A DNA stretch of 64,000 nucleotides from Catajapyx aquilonaris (lineage: Eukaryota), in contig JYFJ02001409.1 of assembly GCA_000934665.2 (NCBI GenBank), positions 1-64,000 on the forward strand. The letters are read 5' to 3'. Position 1 is the stretch's first letter. The number at the start of each line of letters is the position of its first letter. The notes under the pieces are model-generated. The model saw only the letters and a list, made by a program, of their open reading frames with translations. It was not told where the DNA came from and did no database searches. Shown piece by piece: positions 1 through 10,587 of this stretch. The translations under genes and the position numbers were made by a program.

Positions 1-84
1 GAGGGCACGTTCGGAAACTCCTCATCGCTACCGGAGACGTCACTGATTTCTGTAACCGGATGGATTAGGCGGAACACGGGCATA

Positions 85-168
85 GCGCCGAAGGCGCGCC
101 AATTGGGGCGCAGCCCCAAGGGGGGGTGTGGGGGGGCGGAGCCCCCCCACCTCGCAAAGCGAGTCTAA
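85..168 (+). mobile_element. Probable Helitron 3' terminus (array of GC-rich hairpins ending in CTAA|T); rest of element lies upstream of the window
   Basis: Four consecutive stem-loops (gcgcCGAAGgcgc, ttggggCGCAGccccaa, gtgggggggCGGAGcccccccac, ctcgCAAAGcgag) followed by CTAA (fits CTRR) and T. Confidence 0.45.
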
Positions 169-637
169 TATATATTTCTCGACGTATATCTGTCTGTCCG
201 CTATGCAAATCCGTACGGAGGCCTCGACATACTCCCGAGGGGGATGATTAGGGGTAGTTTTTTACGGGGAAGGTTCTTAGCGCATTGGAATTCACCTCCG
301 AGGTCATCCTCGGCCACAGGAGGCGAAAAGGACTTTGGAACACTCTTCTAACAATGAGCAATTGGCTGTAAACATCACCTGTCTTGGGTTTCCGGAGCAA
401 CCACTGAATTGCCCAAGGCCATGAATCGCCCCCTCCCCACTGCCCCCACCGCATAATTTCCTTATCCACATAGGTTGGCGAGCCGATGCCGAATCCAAGA
501 GCTTCGGCAAAATGCCGCCAGGTGGCTGCAAATAAAAAAGGACAAAATGCGGGTTTTGCGATGGCGCGCGTTGCATATACTTATAATTTTAACAGCAACC
601 ATTTAGCCCGCCATTATGGGCAGCATAATGACCATTA

Positions 638-787
638 AGGCCATTTCGCAAAAAAAATGTCGCACGGCAAACGGCGCGACTTGCGGCAAATTTTATTGTT
701 GCCAACAATTGGCAACAATAAATATAAATAAAAATTTGCCGCAAGTCGCGCCGTTTGCCGCGCGACATTTTCTTTGTGAAATGGCCT
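638..787. mobile_element. PIF/Harbinger-type MITE
   Basis: Near-palindromic aggccatttc...gaaatggcct flanked by TTA TSD (635-637, 788-790). Empty site gaccattacatata is preserved in the opposite foldback arm (~3181-3194). Confidence 0.85.
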
Positions 788-971
788 TTACATATAAAAC
801 ATTATTATTATTATTATGTCTTTGCGCGGCTGATTTGAATGTACCAAGACTGATTTCCTTCTTACTCCACCTGCAACGCGGGTTCCGGTGCGACAAACCG
901 TCATGTCATTGGTGACCCAAGGTGATGCCATGCCCACGTGATGTCCAGGAGATGCCATGTTAATATTCAGA

Positions 972-2349
972 CTAGGAAAACCCTCGCTCCGCTCGTATTT
1001 TCCTAGGGCGCTGGCCTAAAAAACTGCTCGCTTCGTTCGCTCTTTTCTAGGCCTGCGGCCTACAGTGCCCACCATATTTTCAATCGCTTCGGACTTATAT
1101 TGCCGGTGATGATGCCAATCACATCCACACCCCCCACCCTCGCCCGTTCCTCCGTGCATTCACATATATGTGATTCCCTATACCCTGCGACCAATCTGCA
1201 ATCCCACCATTGCATTGGCTGGGAAATATGCATTTGCCCACCTGAACATACCCATACCTTTGCAATTTAAAAAAATAAATTGTATGAACAAAAATTCACA
1301 ACCTCTACCGCCTCTATTCGCATGCACTCGCACATGTATCTAAATCATATGCACGCTTTCCGACCACGTTTTTTCTAACTTCTCATAACTTCCCTTTACT
1401 AATAAACAGCCAATGGAACTTGGCAGTGTCTGTATTAGATCAGTGGTTCCCAACCTGGGGGTCGCGAAGCCGTCTCCAATTATTTTAATAAATAAAAAAT
1501 AACTGCAATTTAAAAAATAATATTACACGATCAAAAACTGGCCGTTTAATATTCTTCCCGACACTTTCTTTCGACGTTCTCGGCCGTGTTCTCGGCCTAT
1601 CCCCGGGTTCAGTGTTGAATATCGCGGCTAATCCTGCAACTCTTCCCACTGGGGGATGCCAGTACTGCAGTCAGATGTGAGAGAACCGTAACTCATTATC
1701 CACTTCCCTTGCGGCGAGAAAAGAAAGCAAGTGTTACCGACAGCATCCAAGAGGTGGCGTTGGGGGAAGGGGGAAAAAAGGAACGGCATCCCAACTCCAC
1801 CTGTTGGGTGCTTTTGGTACCACTGCTTTTATTTCTCGCCGCAAGCGGCGCAAGGGGAAGTGGCCATTGAGTTACGGTCTTCTCATACCTGACGGCAGCA
1901 GTGAGGACCTCGTTTAAAAAACCGGAATTATTGTATTTTGTTCATAAACGGCCATGGAGTTTATATTGGCACCATTGATAAACAACAGATTCCGACCTTG
2001 GCCAACATTCGATTCGGTTTGTTTACGGCACGTTCCATTCCCCCCCTCCTCTCCCCCTCCCCTGTTGTGAGGTCACCGTGAAGACGTGCGGGCGGAGGAA
2101 GGTGGAAGGGTGGAGGGGTCTTCACGGGAGAGGAGAATGATGCGTCCTCGTTATTGACGTCCAGCAAGCGACTGTGGCGTTCTTCCACCCATTGCGCATG
2201 CTCGGAAGGGGGGCCAATCGGAGGCGTCGTGGTAACAATGCGTCCAGGGAACAATGAACGCGGGCCAATGGGGAGGTGGGGCAACAATGCGCGGCGGCGG
2301 ACCAATCAGAGGGCTTATTCATAGATCGCAAGGATTTTAATATTATAGA
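972..2349 (-). mobile_element. Non-autonomous Helitron B
   Basis: Minus strand reads TCTATAATATTAAAATCC...gagcggagcgagggttttcCTAG. Inserted between A and T with no TSD; empty site at 3005/3006 in the other arm. Confidence 0.85.
1663..1903. repeat. Degenerate inverted repeat / MITE inside Helitron B
   Basis: ctgcagtcagatgtgagagaaccgtaactca...gcggcgagaaa pairs with tttctcgccgc...tgagttacggtcttctcatacctgacggcag. Confidence 0.55.
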
Positions 2350-4798
2350 TCACGTAACACCCGGTGGAAATAATAAATTGCCGAAATTTCAGAACACCTC
2401 GAGGTCGTGTTTGCAGCGCACCATCGCAGGCAGACCCACTTTATATTGCTGTAAAAGGGAGAGGAACTTTAACACATGATTTGCAACATTTTTCCAATAA
2501 TATTTTAATTTCTTACTCTCAATGCCCCACCGAAACATTTGAATCAATGCATGTACAAGTAGATAAGGAGTGTGGCTTGCACACATTTTCCAACATGCCA
2601 GGACAATCAGCAAAAAGGGCGATGCAAGCGAGGAAAGATCCATACCCAATCAACAGCAGACGCGAGACGAAAGAGAAATCCCCTAACTGGCCGACAGGGT
2701 GTGAGGTTAGGGCGGCCCAAAGGCCAACCGCAATCGTCAAAAGAGCATGGCTATGCCACACCGGTCGGGAAACGCAAAGTTAGGCCACACTCCTTATCTA
2801 CATGCATTGATTCAAATGTTTCGGTGGGCCATTAAGAGTAAGAAAATAAAGATATTATTGGAAAAATGTTGCAAATCATGTGTTAAAGTTCCTCTGCCTT
2901 TTACAGCAATATAAAGTGGGTCTGCCTGCGATGGTGCGCTGCAAACACGACCTCGAGGTGTTCTGAAATTTCGGTAATTTATTATTTCCACCGGGTGTTA
3001 CGTGATCTGAATATTAACATGGCATCTCCTGGACATCACGTGGGCATGGCATCACCTTGGGTCACCAATGACATGACCGTTTGTCGCACCGGAACCCGCG
3101 TTGCAGGTGGAGTAAGAAGGAAATCAGTCTTGGTACATTCAAATCAGCCGCGCAAAGACATAATAATAATAATAATGTTTTATATGTAATGGTCATTATG
3201 CTGCCCATAATGGCGGGCTAAATGGTTGCTGTTAAAATTATAAGTATATGCAACGCGCGCCATCGCAAAACCCGCATTTTGTCCTTTTTTATTTGCAGCC
3301 ACCTGGCGGATTGCTGGCGGATTTGCTGGATTTTTAAGGCATATTGTGTACTCTCTTACAATCTGACATCCGCAGTTTGGTGTTTGGACTTTATGCAAAT
3401 GCAATATGCTTCATGTAACAGGTATGCCAACATTGTATAGCCATAATTATTTCAAAGGTTACCACCAAATCAATGACTTACACCTACATGGAAAAGTATT
3501 TCCTAACCCGAGCAACGCCGGGTATCCTGCTAGTAAATAACTAATAAGTGTACAATTTCATATCCCGTTTAAATGAAATTCCATTAATTGCATAAATGAT
3601 CATTAAATTATCTGAAAATCGATAAAATTAGCTAAATGTATCAATGGAAATGGCCTGTATAAATAAACAACATTAAAATGAAAGGCATAGGCATAAAATT
3701 TTGCAATTTTAATTTTTCAACATCTTCAGGAATAACGAAATTTTTGCGCGGGCCGCACAATAATTTGTCTTCGCGGGCCGTAGTTGCCCACCCCTGCCAT
3801 ATAGGCATACTATGGCATACTCTATAGAGATGTAGTATTGTTAGTATACCATTGTATTAATATATTCCGCGAAATATAGTATGTAATATGTAGCCTATCA
3901 ATATTGTTTACCCGGGTTTACCGAAGGAACTGATTCACATGGGCATAATAATATAATATATTACTAGACTCATGCAAGTGATGCAACACACTTAAACCCA
4001 CTACTACCTTGTTATTAGTTAACAAGCACACAAACAATACCGTACCTCCTACTGTCGGATATACCGTAGGCCTACCGATTCTTCCCCATTGTGTTTTTTG
4101 TGACAGTGAACACCTTGGTAAAATTACAAGCAAATGATGTGACAAGTTTGCATGTAATAGGCTATACGTCCCAATCCCAAAGGATATGCCCCCTGAAAGA
4201 AATAAACAAACCTTCACAAAAATTGTCACCTCCTAATATTTCTGTTGTGAATCCAAACCTCCTGTAACTGCTACAATGCTGTTTATTTTTATACAGGACT
4301 ATCTGTCCAGTAACCACGTCATGTCCTTATTGTAAAAAAAAATCGCTGCTCTGCATCCGGTAACGATATGTCCGATATGTTGAACTTCCGAAGATTTTTA
4401 TGCATTCTCCCTCTCTACGCACATCATGCACACATTGAAAATACAAATGTACGGAATGTAATGAATACCAATAAATAAGCGCAAACTATACGGCTTTATA
4501 GCAATCATCTACAATCGACAGTCTATACAGTATTAACACTCTTCGGGTCAGTATATTGCAGGCCTAATATAGAAATAGCAAATAGGCCTATATTATTACA
4601 TTCATCTTGGTCTGGCTAACCTTACTCCCTGGCGCTGGCGGTCTATAATGATGAGGACTATCATCCCTTATCCAAGCCGTCTATATCGCAAAATATCTGG
4701 CTGACATCCATACTCTGAAATAATACTTCAACAAAAATTTACAGACTTGAAATAACATTCGGTGACACTTCAGGTTTGAAAGTTAACCTATATATCTA

Positions 4799-5154
4799 CT
4801 AGAAAAACCCTCGCTTCGCTCACATTTTTCTATGGCGCAGGCCAAGAAAACCACTCGCTTCGCTTGCTTTTTTCTAGGCCTGGGCCTGCGGTGTAGGCCA
4901 TGATGCTCATCCAACAATATATTATCCGCATCATAAAATCATTTATTTTTACTCCCCTCCCTCCCTCCCTCCCTCCCTCCCTTATATTAACCCTTTGACG
5001 ACTATAAGTACATAGTCATCATTATTATGATGTCCTGACTCCTAAGGGTTTTGAATTTGGCGTGCCCGCAGGCCTAAAAAAGAGCGAGCGAAGCGAATGG
5101 TTTTCTACAGGCCTGCGCCCTAGGAAAATGCGACCGGAGCGAGGGTTTTCCTCG
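4799..5154. mobile_element. Short element with Helitron-B-like 3' termini at both ends in inverted orientation
   Basis: 4799-4885 resembles 972-1060; ~5068-5154 is its reverse complement (ending ...gagcgagggttttcctcg). Central (ctcc)n tract. Confidence 0.6.
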
Positions 5155-6722
5155 TTTTAATATGATAAGATTATGGATATATGACTAACGTAAGATGCTT
5201 ATTATGTCACTTGACAAGGCATGGACTATATGAGAAAACTCATTGAGAAAGGTCGGGAATTTTTCCATGCTAGTTACTGTAGGCTACTAGGCTACTATTC
5301 TTTTGCACCCTACTTATAGCATATCTGGAATATTATTGGAGAAAATAATACATAACGCCGACATATAAACACTTCCACATTTCATGTAACAAAATATACC
5401 GCCTACAATCCCTACATGGACGTACACATGTATACCTAATAGGACTACTATATTAGCGCCTCACACATAATCATAATCTTTAAGCAGCCTATCAAACTGT
5501 AGGCTAAACTGATACGGAGTCTCGGAATGGAGATATGATAATTCTAGTATCAGGGGGAAACACCTTGATATCTAGAGTAGCCTATAACCTACTCCAGATA
5601 GCGTGTTCCAGATGTTTCCACTCACTAGCACCTTGCACTCCGTCAGAATTTACAAAGTTTGCCAGACAGTAGCCTATATAAATTACTTCACTGTCTACTG
5701 TTGTTCTCATAGACCCACACACAAGCCCGAAGTTACGGTCCATCCTTTAGTCGCATAACTTGTAACAGTATAATATGTTATTATTATCAAATGGTGTAAA
5801 GTTTAGGTAACAGTTGGTCACTGTCTAGGTTCTGCTATGCAGACTGCAGAGTGAGATTACAGAAATCGCTGAAACTGAAAGACTATTCCTATTTATAAAT
5901 ATCCAGGAATATTGCAGTTACCGGTAACAGCGACTGATAGGGAGTCTAATATTTATTGTTTTTTACAATCACATCATTTACAGTAATTTGCCGAAAGTTA
6001 CGGCACACGCAAAATGTAAGCCTCAAGCAGTTACAGTGTGTACGTACTTCTTTGGTGTCATATTAAACCACCATCAATATTTTCTCTTATATTAGGCCTA
6101 CCAGGAAAAATAACTTCTTCAGTATGACGGTTCGGGTTTGGTTTCCTGCTGTCGTTATTTAGGACCTTGGCGACTGAACATCACGGTAACATAAAAAGGG
6201 AATAAAATCATTACTAAAGCTCTTATTATTTTTATTTACTGGTTCAATGCAAAGAAAAGAAGTTCCGGTTTGACGAACTGCACCTGTGATAGTGGATTAG
6301 TGGGTCATTTCAATTCTGTATCATTAACACTGCCACTGCCAGCCAGTTAATGAACCAAGTTATGCAAGTACGTGACATGTGAATCTTTTCGGTAGAAGGA
6401 AAATTCACAATTTTGTAAATCCTCAACATGAGTACCATGTACTGTACCGTCAGAAAGATATTTAAAAATCTACTTCGATCGTAATAATAATAATAATAAT
6501 AATAGTACACTGCGATAACAATTGTATATTCTTCACCTGCTTCGATTAGATTCTGCTTTTAAGTATGGGTTTCTCTCTTAAATGGGTCCATAACGTAAGA
6601 CTTATAACCTGCTTTGTAGACTATAAGTTCAGGGAGTATTTAATTATTACTATATGCATTATTAATGAATAACCACATTGTGAGTTAGCCAATGTTGACT
6701 TTATCGTTGAACTACTATTAGT

Positions 6723-9137
6723 CTATCTGAGGTGAACTTTCAATTTGATATCTTCCAGTCGGATAGGTTCGATAGCCGTAAAGAGTAATCCGGGCATTAT
6801 CTTCAATTCACTGTCGGAGGCAATCGAAAACTTGAATGTCTTCAGCATGCCCGCCATAACGATTTTCATTTCTTCGAGAGCAAATCTCATTGCGATGCAG
6901 TTACGAGGGCCGCCTCCGAAAGGCATGTATGTGTAAGGTATTTGAGGTTGACCCGGCATAAACCTCTCAGGGTCGTACTTTTCCGGATCGGGAAAATTAT
7001 CCGGGTCGTGATGTATCGCATATACCGGCACTTTCACCACCGTGCCATTAGGAATGGTCAGCTTGCCATCACTACTCTGCCAGTCCTTATTACAAAGCCT
7101 CTCTAGACGGACCAGGGAAGGGCAAAGTCGCATAGTTTCCTGGAGGCAAGCAGATAAGTACTCCAAGTGAGTGATAGTGTCGTATGATATCTCGCCGTGC
7201 TCTTTCAGGACTTTCTCAACTTCGGCGGCAGCTCGAGTTTGAAATTCTGGATTCTTGGCCAGGTAGTAAGTTGTGGCAGATAAGGTCATGCTGGTGCTGG
7301 CGAATCCGGCCACCAGAAAAACCATCGCTTGATCTCGGAGGGTTTCCTCGGTGATTTTCATTCGCTTGAACTCCGGTTCATCAACCTGAAGTTACAAAAA
7401 CAAAAATAAACAAAAATTTAACAGCCATAACAATCAGAAATGAAGCTTTGATTGCATGCAGTTGGTTTAGGCACTGTAATCTCTCTCCACATGTTATAGT
7501 TGAAAACTGATAACTGTACCCGCGAGCATAAAGATGGAGACGGCAGGCCCTCACCTTCGGCAGGCTGCTCTGCCAATAGCAACTATTACGGTATCAAATA
7601 TACTGTCATAAATACACGAACACACGCCTGATGCAGCTAACTCGGTCCAAAAAGAGTTCATTAATTTGAGTCGGATAAAGAAAGGTCAAAAAAGGGCCTG
7701 CCGTCTCCATCTTTATGCTCGCGGGGGTACATTGTAGGGCTAATTGTAATCGATCATTTGAAAATACGCGTATCCTCCAGGGGGACATGTTTTGACATGT
7801 TTTGACAGGGGGACATGTAATGAATGTAGCTTACTCTTTCATATACTCGTACTGTACTATAAGGTTACAACTCTTTTAAAGTTTGCTAGATCGCGTGTTC
7901 ACCAAAAACGTACTGTACAGGATACTTGTTCACTGTACTGCCGTAGAAAAACTAGTTGTGTGTTTATTATTAATAATAATTGCAAACCCTGAAATATATA
8001 GGCTTAATGACAATAAAATTACACTATTTACTAACCCGAGTGTACGCTTCGTTTAGGAAATCCACAAAATCTCCATACTGCTTCTTGTCGTGCCTTCTTT
8101 GCTCCATAATATCTTGTAAGACTTTCGAAAAGAAAATAGAATTTTCGACATCAAATACGTTCATCATGGACACCAGGAAAGGAAACATGGCTGAAATTAA
8201 ACCATGCATTTAGATGTGCAGACCGATAACCAAAATTATAATTTAACACTCATAATTATGCAAGGTCTCTTGCCCTTCCACTTACAAAAAAGGAGGAGGA
8301 TAGGTGACCGAAATGACCCTGATATAAGTAACTTAATCATTCGACGAACAAGCTCATTGTCACCGTTTCTAGTGGACACCTTTGTACCAAAAATGCAGCA
8401 TGCTATGATTTCCATTACAAGATTTTGATACATGCTGAAAAAAACAAGGCGAGTTCGTTAATATCATCTGGAGCTTTTATTATACTGTAGTTATAGGCAT
8501 TAAAACGTCGCAAAGACGTTTTATTAATACTCGTACTTACTTTGTCACATTATATGATTTTCCATGTGTAGCTTCGCCCTTGATATTTTCCAGATAATCA
8601 TCGACACAGTTCTTCATGAGACTAGTAAGGCCTTTCAATTTATTTGTAGTGAAAACAGGAGACAAAGCGGTCCGTAGTGCTTTCCACTTTTCGCCTTTAA
8701 TATTAGTCAAACTGTCCTGAAATTCTTTGTTGCCCAGCTTTATCAATCTGGGACCCAGGAAGTGGTCAAAGTCCTTGAGAAGAATTTGCTTGAGCATCTC
8801 AGGTTCAGCCACAAATACATTTGGAAGCCTCCCATCATACAAGCTCCACAACTGCGTTTCAAAATATTAAGCTATTACAAAAAATGTTTAAATAATAGCC
8901 TACAGAATTATGTCTCACCTTTCCTAATTTCTGTACATATTCCAGGTCGTCTAACTGTTGAATTCTCTTGTAAATTCCTGGGACACTTCCAAAGCACAAA
9001 ATAGGCGGCAATACCGGAATGCCTAATTTTTCCAGAGTTCCATAGTTCCATGTTAAATACAAATAAGTGACAGAAAAGAGTACAAGGAAGCTTGCAAGGA
9101 AAGCAGGCCAGAACGAACTAAAGAACCCGAGTTCCAT
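6723..9137 (-). CDS. Cytochrome P450, clan 3-like (CYP3/6/9-type), 5 exons, ~498 aa
   Basis: Exons 9137-8919, 8851-8541, 8434-8286, 8190-8036, 7385-6723 join in frame via GT-AG introns. N-terminal membrane anchor, WKALR (WxxxR), ETMR (ExxR), DPERF and heme motif PFGGGPRNCIAMRFA. Confidence 0.95.
7519..7727. mobile_element. MITE in P450 intron 4
   Basis: ~32-bp TIR cccgcgagcataaagatggagacggcaggccc and its reverse complement, TA-flanked. Confidence 0.75.
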
Positions 9138-9238
9138 GTTTTGAATAGGAAATATCAACTGCAGTCCCAGCAGATATGGACTAAGACGCTGATCAGAAAG
9201 CCAGCAGTGCCCAAATGTGGACGTCTGTAACCTGTACG

Positions 9239-9250
9239 CCTTATATAAGG
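9239..9250 (-). promoter_or_regulatory. Candidate TATA box of the P450 gene
   Basis: Palindromic ccttatataagg about 100 bp upstream of the ATG at 9137. Confidence 0.45.
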
Positions 9251-10092
9251 GGGAAGGCTGCACAGTGCACAACCTTCAGAGAGAACACATGATGCTGATA
9301 ATGATTAGCAATCACCTAAAACGTGCCGTGACATGTAAGCATGCTGAGGTCACTAGACGATTTATTTCAAACGGTTTATCTACAAATTTTATCAATTTGT
9401 AGATCTCCATATCGTTGCGTTGAGTGGATTCTATAGTGATTATATCATTATATAGTGAGAAAACGCCCGCTAACATGATTCAAAATGAGGCACAAAGTAA
9501 TTCAAAGTGATCCTTTACTTCCATGAGAATGTAACTGCCGATATAAATAGGCTCACATAGAGAATTTCACGGACATTGAGAGTTTACGGGCATTTTAAAT
9601 CATAACTGGGACCAACGTAATAATACATTGGTATATTTAAAGAGTACTTCGATGTAGGTTGTCAGTACAGTTACAATCAAAATGACAATGTAGATGAGAT
9701 CTACCGGTATAGTTTTAAAATGTAGCACTATCATAATCGGGCCATTCCCATTATTGAGTGTATAACACTGCCCAAATTCCTCCAGATGAAGGAAGAAGCT
9801 GCAGTGTGCTATACAGTATAATAATGTGATGGATCCCGAAAGAACGGTAAGAACCTACCGAAAGAGCAGTCAAGGCCACATGTATAGCCCAGCTGCTATA
9901 GAAATTGTCGCTAGTTGCTATCCGTAAATCGGTAAATCTACAAGAATCCATTAGTATTATTTTCTTGAACTGGTGATTTGGACAGTGCCACCAAGGGCTC
10001 TTGGTGCCACCCAAAGAGTTCTGCTATAATCAATAGACTATTATAACACCTAGAGAGATATGTAGGCATATGGTAAAGATAGTACGAGAATA

Positions 10093-10351
10093 TGTGAATC
10101 GGTTTTAGGAAAAAGGATGTAAGTCACAAAATTGCGATTTTCAGGTTATTCGTCGATGGTATAGTACTGTACAACGCAAGGGGCATCTTTTGGTACAGGA
10201 ACGATGTCAGTCAGGCCAGCCATGCACGAATAGCAGCATGCTCTCATATCATGATTCTTGGAATAACGCCCTAAGTCAGTGACAGTTTTTTGTCATTCTC
10301 CAAAAGTTGTATTTTTGTGACTTACATCCTTTTTCCTAAAACCGATTCATG
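10093..10351. mobile_element. MITE (TA-flanked) between P450 and polycystin genes
   Basis: tgaatcggttttaggaaaaaggatgtaagtcacaaaa matches reverse complement ttttgtgacttacatcctttttcctaaaaccgattca. Confidence 0.8.
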
Positions 10352-10587
10352 TACTCTGCTTAGCAACACGAAATTACTGATTGTCGTTGTGAGGTTAATC
10401 ATGAGTCCTACGTCCATAGTGGATCACATGTAGCTTCACATCACAATTCACAGGTGAGTAGTATAGTTGACAGGCCTACCGGTAAGTCGAGTCCGAATCT
10501 GCGGTAACACAAGTTGCCTTTTTATCTTAGGGTAAAGTAGTGGTTACGAGTAATAGAACAGTAATTTTGGCTTTAATATTTTCAGAT

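Larger units (their letters stand above)
515..3309. mobile_element. Foldback element with long inverted arms, left arm interrupted by two insertions
   Basis: 515-637 + 791-971 + 2350-2577 is the reverse complement of ~2783-3309. No convincing TSD seen. Confidence 0.85.
164..3533 (+). mobile_element. Non-autonomous Helitron-like element A (hosts a foldback nest); 5' boundary uncertain
   Basis: 3' end acccgagcaacgccgggt hairpin + atcctgCTAG|T at 3506-3534, nearly identical to the 3' end at 43599-43627. The 5' region is AT-rich with a tctgtctgtcc microsatellite-like tract typical of non-autonomous Helitrons. Confidence 0.6.

Noticed and set aside
248..3440. Many short ORFs in the first 3.5 kb
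   Set aside because: They fall in non-autonomous repeats, several are mirrored by the inverted arms, and none shows Rep/helicase or transposase motifs.
1441..3796. hAT element bounded by cagtggttcccaac (1441) and gttgcccacccctg (3796)
   Set aside because: The ends differ, lie in different nesting layers and share no 8-bp TSD; treated as unrelated solo TIR remnants.
6310..6510. Poly-Tyr ORF
   Set aside because: Translation of a (taa)n microsatellite downstream of the P450 stop.
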